Below are positions 45,796 through 55,365 of a stretch of DNA of 64,000 nt, in pieces. Where the stretch lies: positions 1 through 64,000 of IMG/VR virus record IMGVR_UViG_3300050821_011467, one strand, 5' to 3'. The notes under the pieces are model-generated. The model ran no database searches. It saw only the letters and a list, made by a program, of their open reading frames with translations, and was not told the origin of the DNA. This stretch comes from a virus. The translations under genes and the position numbers were made by a program. Numbering within the stretch: position 1 is the stretch's first letter; every line of letters starts with the position of its first letter.

Positions 45796-46241
45796 AGGTG
45801 CCCATTAGCTTTTGCCGTTACCTGCTGTAACCGCTTCAATCGCGTGGCCGAGCGCTGGCGGGCGATTTTCAACTCCTTCTGTAGCTTCTTGTTGTCGGCT
45901 TCCAAGCGCTCGCGGACTTGATCGCGCCATGTCCCATTCAGATACTGGTCGGCAGACTCTATGGTCGGCAGCGCGTTCGGTTCGAATTGTCCACAAAAAT
46001 GATTTGACCAATATTCTTTCCACTCAGGAAAGAGCGTGCAGCGGATTTTAATCGCTCTGTTCGCCGCGCGCACATACTCACGGGCGTGCCGCCAATCCCA
46101 CTCGCACTGTCGTTCGGCCAAATGATCGGCGCAGGGCACCTCGCGCCAGTTCCCGGCAGGCGGCTCAGACAATCGTGAATGAGCGCATTGCAAACATATG
46201 ACGCTCTGTGCGCCGCCCGAATACGTACGAAATACGGTCAC
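45756..46241 (-). CDS. Cys-motif hypothetical protein, antisense insertion
   Basis: CLQCAH...C...FCGQF and C-terminal coiled coil; fills the portal-MuF gap. Confidence 0.55.
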   Translation of the reverse strand: MTVFRTYSGGAQSVICLQCAHSRLSEPPAGNWREVPCADHLAERQCEWDWRHAREYVRAANRAIKIRCTLFPEWKEYWSNHFCGQFEPNALPTIESADQYLNGTWRDQVRERLEADNKKLQKELKIARQRSATRLKRLQQVTAKANGHLHPAPLDLSGGSS

Positions 46242-46296
46242 TAGCTCTACTCCCTGTGAAACTCGGATGGCTCCGGCATTTTAATGGTACGGCGGA

Positions 46297-47256
46297 ATGA
46301 GAGGCAACCAGCGCGGCGTTTCCGAGAGCTACGATCCCGAAGGCTCCTGGTTCCGTGGTTGGTCGCCATTCGTCACCCGCCCCGGCGGGTTGCTCGGCCG
46401 CGGCGCCCATGTCGGGTTTGAGGCAGCCAGGCGAGCGGCCACACGAGCTCGCCGGGCCGAGACCCAGTTCGCCCAGCAGCTGCGTCACATGGCGCGCACG
46501 ATCGGTCACATCGTCGGCTCGATGTACGAGAGCGATCCGACCGAATGGTGGCGCATCCGCGAGGCGCTCGAGCATTATGGACAGCTGATCACGCCATGGG
46601 CCAACGCAGTCGCACAGCGTCAGCTCGCCGAGGTGTCGCGCCGCGACGCTGCGTCATGGCATGAGCACGGGCGACTAATCAGCCGGGCGCTTGGGCAGGA
46701 GATCGCCACAGCGCCGCTCGGCCCGACCCTGCAGGGGCTGCTCGCTAACCAGGTGCATCTAATCACCAGCCTGCCGCGCGAGGTCGCCGAGCAGGTGCAG
46801 CAGTTGTCGGTCGAGGCGATGACCGCCGGCAGCCGATGGGAAGACTTGGTGCCGTGGGTCAAGGAACGGCTGATCGCCACCGGCGGCAATGCATTAGCCC
46901 GCGCCAACTTGATCGCCCGCACCGAAACCGGCCGCGCCGCAACCGAGATCCAGCGGGTGCGCGCCGAGCACGTCGGCAGCGAGGGGTATGTGTGGCGAAC
47001 CGCTAGGGATCGCGACGTGCGCCAGCGTCACAAGGAGCTCGAGGGCACTTTCCATAGATGGGATGACCCGCCGGTGGCCACTGATCGCGGGCAGCGCGAG
47101 GTCAGGGCGCACCCCGGGTCGATCTACAACTGCCGGTGTTTTCCCGAGATCGTGCTGCCGAGCGAAGTGCCGCAGCTGGGGCCACGGCTACGCAACCCGG
47201 CCCACTTAGCCGCGCTGCGCGCCCAGGGCTACACCGAGGGCACCGCCTTCGAATAG
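46297..47256 (+). CDS. Head morphogenesis protein (MuF / SPP1 gp7)
   Basis: RANLIARTE...YVWRT..D..VR..H..LEG...W.DPP...HPG.IYNCRC. Confidence 0.9.
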   Translation: MRGNQRGVSESYDPEGSWFRGWSPFVTRPGGLLGRGAHVGFEAARRAATRARRAETQFAQQLRHMARTIGHIVGSMYESDPTEWWRIREALEHYGQLITPWANAVAQRQLAEVSRRDAASWHEHGRLISRALGQEIATAPLGPTLQGLLANQVHLITSLPREVAEQVQQLSVEAMTAGSRWEDLVPWVKERLIATGGNALARANLIARTETGRAATEIQRVRAEHVGSEGYVWRTARDRDVRQRHKELEGTFHRWDDPPVATDRGQREVRAHPGSIYNCRCFPEIVLPSEVPQLGPRLRNPAHLAALRAQGYTEGTAFE

Positions 47257-47413
47257 GTGAGGCGAGAAGCCAGCGAGTCCTGCCCAAGGCGCGCCGGTTA
47301 ACTCATCCGCTTCCTCGATGGTCCCGGCGAGGTCGCGATCCCCGATCCTGCCATCGTCAACCCTTGTTGGGCCGCCTCGCTGACGATCCTAAACAATGCG
47401 GCGGGGGTCGCCA

Positions 47414-49015
47414 ATGCAATATCACACGGTCGAAACGATCGGCCCCAAGCGCTCGCGCACGGCGCACGGTTTTATGCTGTGCCAGGACGTGCCGATCGCG
47501 CGTACTGGCATGCAGCTCTATGGCCCCGACGAGACGCCAATCAGAGCCGGTGCCGCTGACGTAGTGCGCATTGAGCGCGATGCCGAAGAAGTCTTTCACC
47601 CGGACTGCATTGCCTCGCTGCAGGGGGTGCCGATTGTCAACGAGCACCCGACTGATGAGTTTGGCGGTCGGGCCGACGTAACTATCGACAACTGGCGCGA
47701 CCTGGCGGTCGGCCATGTTCTCAATCCACGACGCGGATTGGGTGCAGACGACGACGTGCTGATCGCCGATCTGCTGTTTACCGATGCCGACGCTATTGGA
47801 CTGATCAACGCCGGTAAGCGTGAACTCAGTTGCGGCTACGACGCTGAGTACGACGAGCTGGGTCCCGGCCACGGCCGTCAGCGCGCTATCCGCTGCAACC
47901 ACGTAGCCCTCGTCGAGCGCGGGCGCTGCGGCGCGCGTTGCAGCATTGGCGACCACGACCTGGTCGGCATCACTGAATGCCAAATCACCGAACAACCCGA
48001 CGCCACGGAGGACAGGGCGATGCGAAAAGGACTGACCTGGGCCGATCGGATTCGCGCCGCCTTTAAAGCGCGTGACGCCGACGCGCTCGAAAATGTGCTG
48101 GGCGAGGAGCCGGAAGAAGAGCCGGGCAACGGCAATGCCGAGCACCACGTGCATGTCCATCTGCCTGGCGCGCCCGAAACCCCCGCAGGCACGCCGGCGG
48201 CTGAAAAAGGCGACGGTCTGACACCAGCCTCGCCGGCGCCGGCGACGCCCTCGCCGCTCGACCAGCCGGCTGAGGCGGCACCTGAGGAGGCTCCGGCTAA
48301 TGGCGGCGATCTCTCGCAGGCGTTTCAGCAGCACGTGCAGCAAAACAACGCCGAGCACGAGGAGCTGTGGAACGCGATCGAAAGCCTGGCGGGTGCGGGC
48401 AATGGCGCCGAGGCACCGACCGCCGGTAACGGTGATGCAGCCCGCCCACACCGTGATGCGCGCCGGCTGCGCGACAGTGTTCGAGCAAAGGACGAGCTCG
48501 GCGAGGCGCCGCCGGTCGAGGAGGGCACCACGGTGCTTTCCGGGTTTGAGATGGAGGCGCCACCGGGCACTCAGCAAAACGACATGCGGCGAGCTCGCGA
48601 CTCGGCGCTGTTTGTCGACAGCTTTAACGACACGGTAGCGCTGGCCGAAATCATCGTGCCGGGCATCCGGCTGCCGACCTATGACCAGGCGGCCCCACCC
48701 AAAAAGACCTTTGATGCGATCTGCGCGTTTCGCGCCCAGGTGCTCGACACAGCATGGCGCGAGCCCGAGACCCGCGAGATCATCGAAGAGATCACCGGGG
48801 GCCGTTTTAGCAGCGCCAAAAATATGACGTGCGACAGTGTCCGCGTGCTGTTCCGCGCCGTCGGCAATGCCAAAGCTCGGGCCAATAAAGCGGCGATGGG
48901 CGGTGCCGCACGAGCCTTTGCGGGCGACGTCCAAACCGGTGGCGAGATCCGCTCCCCCAAAGACCTGCAGGCGGTGCTCAACGCGCACTACGCCGCGCAG
49001 CGCCACCACACCTAA
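47414..49015 (+). CDS. Prohead protease/scaffold (DUF2213)
   Basis: VPIARTG...EVF...SL.G.P...HP...RELSCGY...NHVALV.RGRCG. Confidence 0.9.
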   Translation: MQYHTVETIGPKRSRTAHGFMLCQDVPIARTGMQLYGPDETPIRAGAADVVRIERDAEEVFHPDCIASLQGVPIVNEHPTDEFGGRADVTIDNWRDLAVGHVLNPRRGLGADDDVLIADLLFTDADAIGLINAGKRELSCGYDAEYDELGPGHGRQRAIRCNHVALVERGRCGARCSIGDHDLVGITECQITEQPDATEDRAMRKGLTWADRIRAAFKARDADALENVLGEEPEEEPGNGNAEHHVHVHLPGAPETPAGTPAAEKGDGLTPASPAPATPSPLDQPAEAAPEEAPANGGDLSQAFQQHVQQNNAEHEELWNAIESLAGAGNGAEAPTAGNGDAARPHRDARRLRDSVRAKDELGEAPPVEEGTTVLSGFEMEAPPGTQQNDMRRARDSALFVDSFNDTVALAEIIVPGIRLPTYDQAAPPKKTFDAICAFRAQVLDTAWREPETREIIEEITGGRFSSAKNMTCDSVRVLFRAVGNAKARANKAAMGGAARAFAGDVQTGGEIRSPKDLQAVLNAHYAAQRHHT

Positions 49016-49042
49016 CCCGACTTTCGAAAGGAGAGGACTGCA

Positions 49043-49591
49043 ATGCCGCTCGCCGACAATATGAATTTTGGCTATCGCATGGGGGCGGGGTTTCCCGGCG
49101 AGGTCACCCGCATGACCCCGGCGGCGATTATCGAGCCGTGCGCCACTGACCCAACCACGCCACCGCTGTTTGTCGGGCAAGTCGTCACGATCGACGCCAC
49201 TAGCGGCTGCGCGCGCCCCATCGCGCTAGCAACCGAGGTGGCTTATGGCATCGTCGTGCGCAGCTTCCCGACCCAGGCGCCCAACGCCACCGGCTATTAC
49301 GGCGCTGCGGGATTTGGCTCGGTGTCGCCCTGGCTTACCACGGGGCAGCCGCAAAACGCGGTCGATGTCCTGCGCCAAGGCTACATAAATGTGAATGTCA
49401 ACGGCGCCACCCGAAAAGGCGGCCCGGTGTTTGTCTGGACCGCCGCCACCGCGGCGCCACACGTCCAGGGCGGGCTTGAGGCCGCAACCCCCGGGGCCAA
49501 CGGCTTCCAACTGCCCGCGTCCTGCACCTACCAGGGGGCGGCCGACGCCAATGGCGTCACCGAAATCGCATTTAACATCGGCCTCAGCTAG
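49043..49591 (+). CDS. Head decoration/cement protein
   Basis: RMGAGFPGEVTR...YGIVVRSFP...DVLRQGYINV; between scaffold and capsid genes. Confidence 0.8.
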   Translation: MPLADNMNFGYRMGAGFPGEVTRMTPAAIIEPCATDPTTPPLFVGQVVTIDATSGCARPIALATEVAYGIVVRSFPTQAPNATGYYGAAGFGSVSPWLTTGQPQNAVDVLRQGYINVNVNGATRKGGPVFVWTAATAAPHVQGGLEAATPGANGFQLPASCTYQGAADANGVTEIAFNIGLS

Positions 49592-49603
49592 GGGGACCAG
49601 ACA

Positions 49604-50800
49604 ATGCCTTTTGACGGCTTGCTAACCAGCACGGCGCTGAGCGCTCCGGCGATCATTCATCGCGGGCGGTGGCGCACCGCCGACGATCTGTCGCTGCTTG
49701 ATCAGCGGCGTCCCACCTACGATGCCGGGGGCAACCATCTCGGCCGCCAGTACGACCGGCCCTACCGGTCGCATGACGGCAAGTACTACGACAGCTCGGG
49801 CGCGTTCTATCACGGCGAGCTGGTCCGCCTCGACCAGGACCTGCACTTGCCGCTGGCCTCGATCAGCTGGGGGCGCGACATCGATCTGCGTCAGGACGTG
49901 ACGATTGCCGACGAGGCGACCGCGTGGACCCTGTCGACCTTTGCCTCGCCTGGCGGGCTTGGGATGGGCAACGCGATCACCGGCGGCAAAGCGTGGATCG
50001 GCAAGAGCACCACCGAAATCGCCGGTGTCAGCGTCGATATCGCGCAGATCACCAAGCCGTTGCGGCCCTGGGCGATCGAATTGAAGTACACGGTTCTCGA
50101 ACTCGAGAGCGCCCTAAAAATGGGTCGCCCGATCGATCAACAAAAATACCAGGGCATGAAGCTCAAACACCAGATGGACATCGATGCCATGGTGTATGTG
50201 GGCGACACCGATACTGGGGATAAGGGCCTTGTTAACTTGCCTGTTGCTGCACCCGGTGTTCCTGGTGTTGGTACTATTACAAATCTACCAGCGGGGGCTG
50301 GCGGCAGCACGGGCTGGTCGGTCGGCGGCACCACCGGCAAAACCCCCGCCGAAATCCTCGCCGACGTCAACTTTGCGCTAAACTTGACATGGAGCAATTC
50401 GGCGTGGGCTGTGGTGCCGAACCGCCTCCTATTGCCCACAGCGCAATATGGCTACATCGCGACCCAGCTGGTGTCGACCGCTGGCACAACCTCGATCCTC
50501 CGCTATGTCGAAGAAAATAACCTGCTGTCGCGCAGTGGCGCCGGGCGGTTAGAGATTTTCCCGTGCAAATGGTGCAATGGCGCTGGTGCAGGCGGCACGA
50601 TCGGCACTCCAGCGCCGGGCGCGAATGACCGCATGGTGGTCTACACCAAGGACAAGGAATACATCCGCTATCCGATGACGTTACTTGGTCGGACGCCAAT
50701 ACAGTATGACGCAATTTGGCAAAAATCTACATATTATGGCCGGCTTGGAGTAGTAGAGGTGGTTTACCCCTCAACTATCGCTTACTTTGATAAACTCTAA
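49604..50800 (+). CDS. Major capsid protein (DUF2184)
   Basis: DSSGAF..GEL.RLD..L..PL....WGRDI.LR.DV...GRPID.QK...YVGD. Confidence 0.9.
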   Translation: MPFDGLLTSTALSAPAIIHRGRWRTADDLSLLDQRRPTYDAGGNHLGRQYDRPYRSHDGKYYDSSGAFYHGELVRLDQDLHLPLASISWGRDIDLRQDVTIADEATAWTLSTFASPGGLGMGNAITGGKAWIGKSTTEIAGVSVDIAQITKPLRPWAIELKYTVLELESALKMGRPIDQQKYQGMKLKHQMDIDAMVYVGDTDTGDKGLVNLPVAAPGVPGVGTITNLPAGAGGSTGWSVGGTTGKTPAEILADVNFALNLTWSNSAWAVVPNRLLLPTAQYGYIATQLVSTAGTTSILRYVEENNLLSRSGAGRLEIFPCKWCNGAGAGGTIGTPAPGANDRMVVYTKDKEYIRYPMTLLGRTPIQYDAIWQKSTYYGRLGVVEVVYPSTIAYFDKL

Positions 50801-50825
50801 GTAAATCGCATGAAAGGATCGCGTC

Positions 50826-51227
50826 ATGGCGCAGTCAGGACCCCCACCGCGGCAACCGCCTCATCCGGAGCCGCATCCAGCGCCTCATCCAGCGCCTCCG
50901 GCCGCGCCGCAGGAGACCGAGGCTGAGCGGCGAGCGCGTGCCGTCGCCGAGGAAGAGGCGACGCGTGCGAAGGCGGAGGCGGCGACGGCACATCTGCCGC
51001 GCCAGGGCACGCCCCTGGGCGACCCAATGAGCGCGCTCGCGGCGTTTCCCGATGAGCCGACTGTGTTGATGAACTTCCCCGACACGGTGACGCTGACGCT
51101 GAGCGGCGAGAAGGGTTACACGATGGTGACCTTCCCGGCTGGGGTTCAGCCGGTGCCGGAAAGCCTCGTCGACGAGCAGTATCTGAAGGACAGCGGCGTC
51201 ACGCCCGTCACCGCGCCAAAGAGCTGA
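50826..51227 (+). CDS. Hypothetical virion-associated protein
   Basis: FPAGVQ.VPE C-terminal motif; follows the capsid gene. Confidence 0.6.
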   Translation: MAQSGPPPRQPPHPEPHPAPHPAPPAAPQETEAERRARAVAEEEATRAKAEAATAHLPRQGTPLGDPMSALAAFPDEPTVLMNFPDTVTLTLSGEKGYTMVTFPAGVQPVPESLVDEQYLKDSGVTPVTAPKS

Positions 51228-51230
51228 GCC

Positions 51231-51848
51231 ATGCCGCTTACCGAAAAGGGCTCCAAAGTTCTGTCTGCAATGAAAGAAGAATACGGCCCAGAAAAGGGCG
51301 AGTCCGTTTTCTACGCGTCTCGGAACAAGGGAACCATTAGCGGGGTAGACACCATGGCTAGGGAAACCTCACGACCGTTTGGCGCCGAAGATCCGGTGAC
51401 CAAAGGCGAGAGCATCAGCGGTGACCAGGAGGGGCCGCAGCATGAGCGCCCGCTCGATCCGGTGCCGGAGACCGAGCACCCGCAAAAAGACCCGGGCGAG
51501 TCGACGGACCCCGAGCCAGCGACTCCGGGCGGCGACGATGCGCCTCCAGCGCCCGTGGCAGCCGATGCGCGCCCGTTTGGTGCCGAGGACCCGGTTGACT
51601 GCGGCGACCAGATGGCAACTGCAATGCCCTCGATGCCGCCCCCGGTCGGCGACGACATCGCGAGCGGGTTCGCCGACATCAACGGCGGAATTACCGGTGG
51701 CGCCATCCCGCAGACCTGGGGCACCCAATGGCGCGGCCCGACCAGCGATGCATTGCCAACCGAGTGCAGCCTCGCCGACATGATGCGCGATGGGGACCGG
51801 TATTGGGGGCAATGGACGCCGCGCCCACTGGGGCCTGATCAGAAGTGA
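51231..51848 (+). CDS. Conserved phage protein with acidic low-complexity tail
   Basis: MPLTEKG.K....MKEEYG.EKGE.VFYAS.NKG.I.GV; RPFGAEDPV repeated twice. Confidence 0.65.
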   Translation: MPLTEKGSKVLSAMKEEYGPEKGESVFYASRNKGTISGVDTMARETSRPFGAEDPVTKGESISGDQEGPQHERPLDPVPETEHPQKDPGESTDPEPATPGGDDAPPAPVAADARPFGAEDPVDCGDQMATAMPSMPPPVGDDIASGFADINGGITGGAIPQTWGTQWRGPTSDALPTECSLADMMRDGDRYWGQWTPRPLGPDQK

Positions 51849-52315
51849 CCACGCCTCAAGCGCCGCTGACCGTCGATCAATTCCGGGCGATCTTCACGAC
51901 TTTCTCCGACCCGGCGGCCTATCCCGATCCAGCGGTGCAATTTTGGCTTGATACGTGCCCGGCCGACCCCTGCGCCTGGGGCAGTATGTATCAAGCGGGG
52001 CAAGGATGGTGGACAGCGCACGAACTATGGAAGTTTGGCCCGGCCAATGCGCTCCCGGGGGTTCCTCCGCCAGGTATATCGGGGCCGATTTCATCAAAAG
52101 GTGTCGGGCCGGTCAGCGTCGGCTACGATCCCAATATCGGCACGGAAGAAGGGGCTGGGCAATTCAACCTGACGCCGTGGGGTAAGCAGTACTATCATTA
52201 CGCGTGCCTTTTTGGCATGGGGCCAATCCAGGTTGGCGCCGTCACCGTGCCGCCCTATGGCGTGCCGGGATTTGCTTGGGTCGGGCCGGTCCCGCTGCCT
52301 GGATGGTTTGGCTGA
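51845..52315 (+). CDS. Head-tail connector (DUF4054)
   Basis: FR..F..F.D...YPD..VQFW...AH.L...SSK.VG.VSVGYD...NLT.WG. Confidence 0.85.
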   Translation: MTTPQAPLTVDQFRAIFTTFSDPAAYPDPAVQFWLDTCPADPCAWGSMYQAGQGWWTAHELWKFGPANALPGVPPPGISGPISSKGVGPVSVGYDPNIGTEEGAGQFNLTPWGKQYYHYACLFGMGPIQVGAVTVPPYGVPGFAWVGPVPLPGWFG

Positions 52316-52328
52316 GGAGAGGCTATCG

Positions 52329-52721
52329 ATGAGCATTACCAGGCGCGTGCTGCTATGTGCGCCAGCCGTCCCGTTGCTGCTGTCGCCGGCGCGGGCACAG
52401 TGTTCGGGGGTGAACATCACCGTCAACGGCTCGTCGCAAGCGCCGACCGTGCTAGCCGGCACCCCGCTGGCAATCGCCGTATTCAACGGTCCGGCCAAGC
52501 CGACCGATTGGGTGGGGATCTCGCTGGTCGAGACGCCTGATGATGCGGTTATCGAGCGCTGCTATCTCAACGGCGCGCAGACGCCGCCGCCGGTTGGTTT
52601 GCGGTTTGCCAATTTCACGATGACCGCACCCACGAATATGTGGATCTACGAAGCGCGGCTGTATTTTGAGAACACATTCTCGATATTGGCGCGGGCGACG
52701 TTTGTAGTGCACACCGCCTGA
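52329..52721 (+). CDS. Exported Ig-like small protein (twin-Arg leader)
   Basis: MSITRRVLLCAPAVPLLLSPARA-Q; DWVGI...YEAR. Confidence 0.6.
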   Translation: MSITRRVLLCAPAVPLLLSPARAQCSGVNITVNGSSQAPTVLAGTPLAIAVFNGPAKPTDWVGISLVETPDDAVIERCYLNGAQTPPPVGLRFANFTMTAPTNMWIYEARLYFENTFSILARATFVVHTA

Positions 52722-52727
52722 GCAAGC

Positions 52728-52880
52728 ATGGACCTGCTGCTTATCGTTCTCGTCATCATTCTCCTTTTCGGCGGCGGCTTTGGCTATTCCCGCTGGGGGT
52801 ATGGCGGCGGGCTCGGCATCGGCGGCATCTTGCTGATCGTGTTGGTGATCTACCTGCTGGTCGGCCGCGGCCGGTTGTGA
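52728..52880 (+). CDS. DUF3309-like 50-aa membrane protein, not in ORF track
   Basis: MDLLLIVLVIILLFGGGFGYSRWGYGGGLGIGGILLIVLVIYLLVGRGRL. Confidence 0.75.
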   Translation: MDLLLIVLVIILLFGGGFGYSRWGYGGGLGIGGILLIVLVIYLLVGRGRL

Positions 52881-52900
52881 CTTAGGTAGGAGGCAGGCTG

Positions 52901-53116
52901 ATGCTGTACCTCGTTCTGTTGGTATTCGCTTTTGTCTTTGCGATTATTGCCGCGCTGGTTCGGGTGCGCGAGCCGGCTACCGTAGGTTATTTCGGATTGG
53001 TGCACTGGGGCTGGCTGTCCTTCGCATTTTATCTGGCGGCTTTACTTTTTGGCCCGGGTGGTCCGGTGACGCATCTTGGCCGGATTGGCAGCCTAGCCAG
53101 GGTGTGGATCGGGTGA
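52901..53116 (+). CDS. Small two-TM membrane protein
   Basis: AGGAGG RBS; two hydrophobic helices. Confidence 0.65.
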   Translation: MLYLVLLVFAFVFAIIAALVRVREPATVGYFGLVHWGWLSFAFYLAALLFGPGGPVTHLGRIGSLARVWIG

Positions 53117-53331
53117 TCGATCACGACGACGCGCCGCCCGAATTGATGCCGCTAGAGCGGTGTGACTGTTGCCGCGTCGAGGTCTCGTATCGCCGGGGAT
53201 CTATCTGGCATGGCCAGGCGCGGATTTGCCGCCCGTGTTTTTACATCTGGTATGACGGCGGTGTGGTCACCCCCGCCGAGATCCGCGCCGAACGGTTGCG
53301 CATCTATGGCACCAGCGACGCCGACCCCTGA
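53104..53331 (+). CDS. Small Cys-motif protein
   Basis: CDCC...CRPCFYIWYDGG. Confidence 0.55.
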   Translation: MDRVIDHDDAPPELMPLERCDCCRVEVSYRRGSIWHGQARICRPCFYIWYDGGVVTPAEIRAERLRIYGTSDADP

Positions 53332-53708
53332 TGAGTTGGAAGGCCGAGCACCCCGAAGAGCATGAGGGGCGCGTTGTCCACAACGGACAATGCGTCCGTT
53401 ACGTGCAGGAGTGCGCCGGGTTGCCGCACACCAGCCAGTGGAGACGCGGTGTGCAGGTGCGCGGCAACGATGTCGAGACCGGCACGGCCATCGCCACTTT
53501 TGACCCAAACGGCAATTATGGCAACCACACCGATGGCCGCTCGCACGCTGCGATCTTTATCGCCGAGCTGGACGAAGGCCTGCGCGTCTGGGACCAATGG
53601 AGGGGTCACCCGGTTTCGCGGCGCACGATCTTCTTTCGCAACGGTGTCGGCAAAAAGGTGAACGACGGAGATCAATTTTTTACAATTATATCGGTCGACG
53701 AAACATAA
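53331..53708 (+). CDS. Tae2/BPSL0067-like NlpC/P60 peptidoglycan amidase (candidate endolysin)
   Basis: NGQCV..V......TSQWRRG..V......GTAIATF...G.Y.N....SHAAIF......V.DQW (Cys-His dyad). Confidence 0.8.
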   Translation: MSWKAEHPEEHEGRVVHNGQCVRYVQECAGLPHTSQWRRGVQVRGNDVETGTAIATFDPNGNYGNHTDGRSHAAIFIAELDEGLRVWDQWRGHPVSRRTIFFRNGVGKKVNDGDQFFTIISVDET

Positions 53709-54070
53709 TCCTTACATTTATCAAGATGATAACGATGTAGATTTCCCAGGTGGGCTTCTAACCCGCAATGTGGGCAACGACTTTTAATCGTAAAGCCGCC
53801 TCTGATGCTGGTTGGTTTGGATATCCCTTTCTGGGCGTTGCCGATATTTATTCGATGTTCAGGTGTAAGCGTTTTCCCTTTGTGACTTTTACTGGCCTTG
53901 GCACGTGACTCTGGCGACCATGGATTGATAATTCGCCCATTCCAAGCGGCTTTTCTTTTGGCGCGCGACTCTGGAGATGCCTTAGCTCTAGGTAAGCCAC
54001 GCCGTCGCGCGTTTGCCGCACTAATTGCGGCGCTGTGTGCTGGCGATATCGGCCCGTACTTGCGCCCCAT
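53672..54070 (-). CDS. NUMOD3-repeat DNA-binding protein with Zn-knuckle, no nuclease domain seen
   Basis: SPESRAK (twice), SKSHKGKTLTPEHR.NI, CPHCG...RYH.DKCK. Confidence 0.7.
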   Translation of the reverse strand: MGRKYGPISPAHSAAISAANARRRGLPRAKASPESRAKRKAAWNGRIINPWSPESRAKASKSHKGKTLTPEHRINIGNAQKGISKPTSIRGGFTIKSRCPHCGLEAHLGNLHRYHLDKCKDYVSSTDIIVKN

Positions 54071-54264
54071 CGCGGGCTCCTGCAGCCGGTGGTGTCAAGG
54101 GCGGTGCCGGTGCGATCAACACAAGCGCCGCCCGCTTTATGTCCGTTTGCGGGGGCAAATGCAATGAGCGAGCAAGCCCCCGCGCGTGGTGACACAGCGC
54201 GTCGCTGAACCCGTTCTAGGTGCGCTAGTCGGATCGCTTCTCCCCACCTGCGCGGAGGTGTCCA

Positions 54265-55365
54265 ATGCCGCGTGGGTACTCGGCCGACTCCTTCGGGGGC
54301 CGGCCTTTTTTAACCCGCCGCTCGCTGTTGCGGGTTGGTGCGCTCTCGCCGCTGATCATTCCGGGCCGGAGCCTTGCGCGAGTTGGCGGGGCGCCCGCGG
54401 TGGTGACTGGGCCGTGTGGTAGCCCGACCCCGGTCTTTACCTCCAACGCAACCGAGATAATCGGGCCGGGCTGCTATGCTTTGCAGAATGATATTACCGA
54501 CATTCCCGCATTATCCACCATGGGTGGGCTGACGATATTGGGCAATGGGCACTCGGTGACCCCGCCGCCCGGCAACTTTTTTAAAATTGGTTTTGGATTA
54601 AATGCATTTGTACACACCATTCGGGATTTGACCGTCACTGCGGATGGCATAGAAATTAACGGCAACGTCAGCACTACACAGACCAGCCCGTGTGTTTATC
54701 TGTACAATGTCACGATGAACGCCACGGGTGCTGGCGGAACGGGATCGGTCGGTTCCCTGGTACACATGAGCGGATCAAACATTGTCCTGGAGAAGTGCGC
54801 GATCAACACGTGGGCAAGCGGAGGGACCACTGGCTACGATGACGGCGTGATATTAAGCCCGTTTTCCGGCGTAGGGAATGTGCCGGCGTCGTATGTCACA
54901 TTCGACACTGTAACCTTTGGACCCAATTGGGACGTGGCGATTGAGGGGTTTAGCACTCAGGGAACGGCGGTCTCGCCGCACTGGAACCATGTAACTATCA
55001 AGAATTGCGTAACCACCTTCAGCCCCTTTTCGGTCGCGGGGGCCGACTTTGGCGGATACTACGGAGGCCCTAATTCTGGCGATTTGACTTTTACATTTCA
55101 GAATGGCGTATTTACCGGCAATACCCTGAAAACCGGCGGTTGGTTTTTTGCCAATGCAGCCCACACTAATTATGATCGTGCGGACAGCGATGCTGCAGCC
55201 AACGGGCTTTGGGCCGCAACCGGAAATGCCTTTGGCGCCAACACCTACCTTGCGTTGACCCGCGAGCAGTGCGAGGCACGCGCCAAGCTGTGGGCCGCCA
55301 ATCGCCGCAACCCACCGCCGGGGCCGCCGCCCGAGGTGTGGAACGAGAAAATCATCTGTCCGTGA
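54265..55365 (+). CDS. Tat-signal protein with probable beta-helix (pectin-lyase-like) fold
   Basis: LTRRSLLRVG leader; I.GPGCY.L.NDI...TI.GNGHSV; Asn/Thr/Gly-rich strands. Confidence 0.6.
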   Translation: MPRGYSADSFGGRPFLTRRSLLRVGALSPLIIPGRSLARVGGAPAVVTGPCGSPTPVFTSNATEIIGPGCYALQNDITDIPALSTMGGLTILGNGHSVTPPPGNFFKIGFGLNAFVHTIRDLTVTADGIEINGNVSTTQTSPCVYLYNVTMNATGAGGTGSVGSLVHMSGSNIVLEKCAINTWASGGTTGYDDGVILSPFSGVGNVPASYVTFDTVTFGPNWDVAIEGFSTQGTAVSPHWNHVTIKNCVTTFSPFSVAGADFGGYYGGPNSGDLTFTFQNGVFTGNTLKTGGWFFANAAHTNYDRADSDAAANGLWAATGNAFGANTYLALTREQCEARAKLWAANRRNPPPGPPPEVWNEKIICP

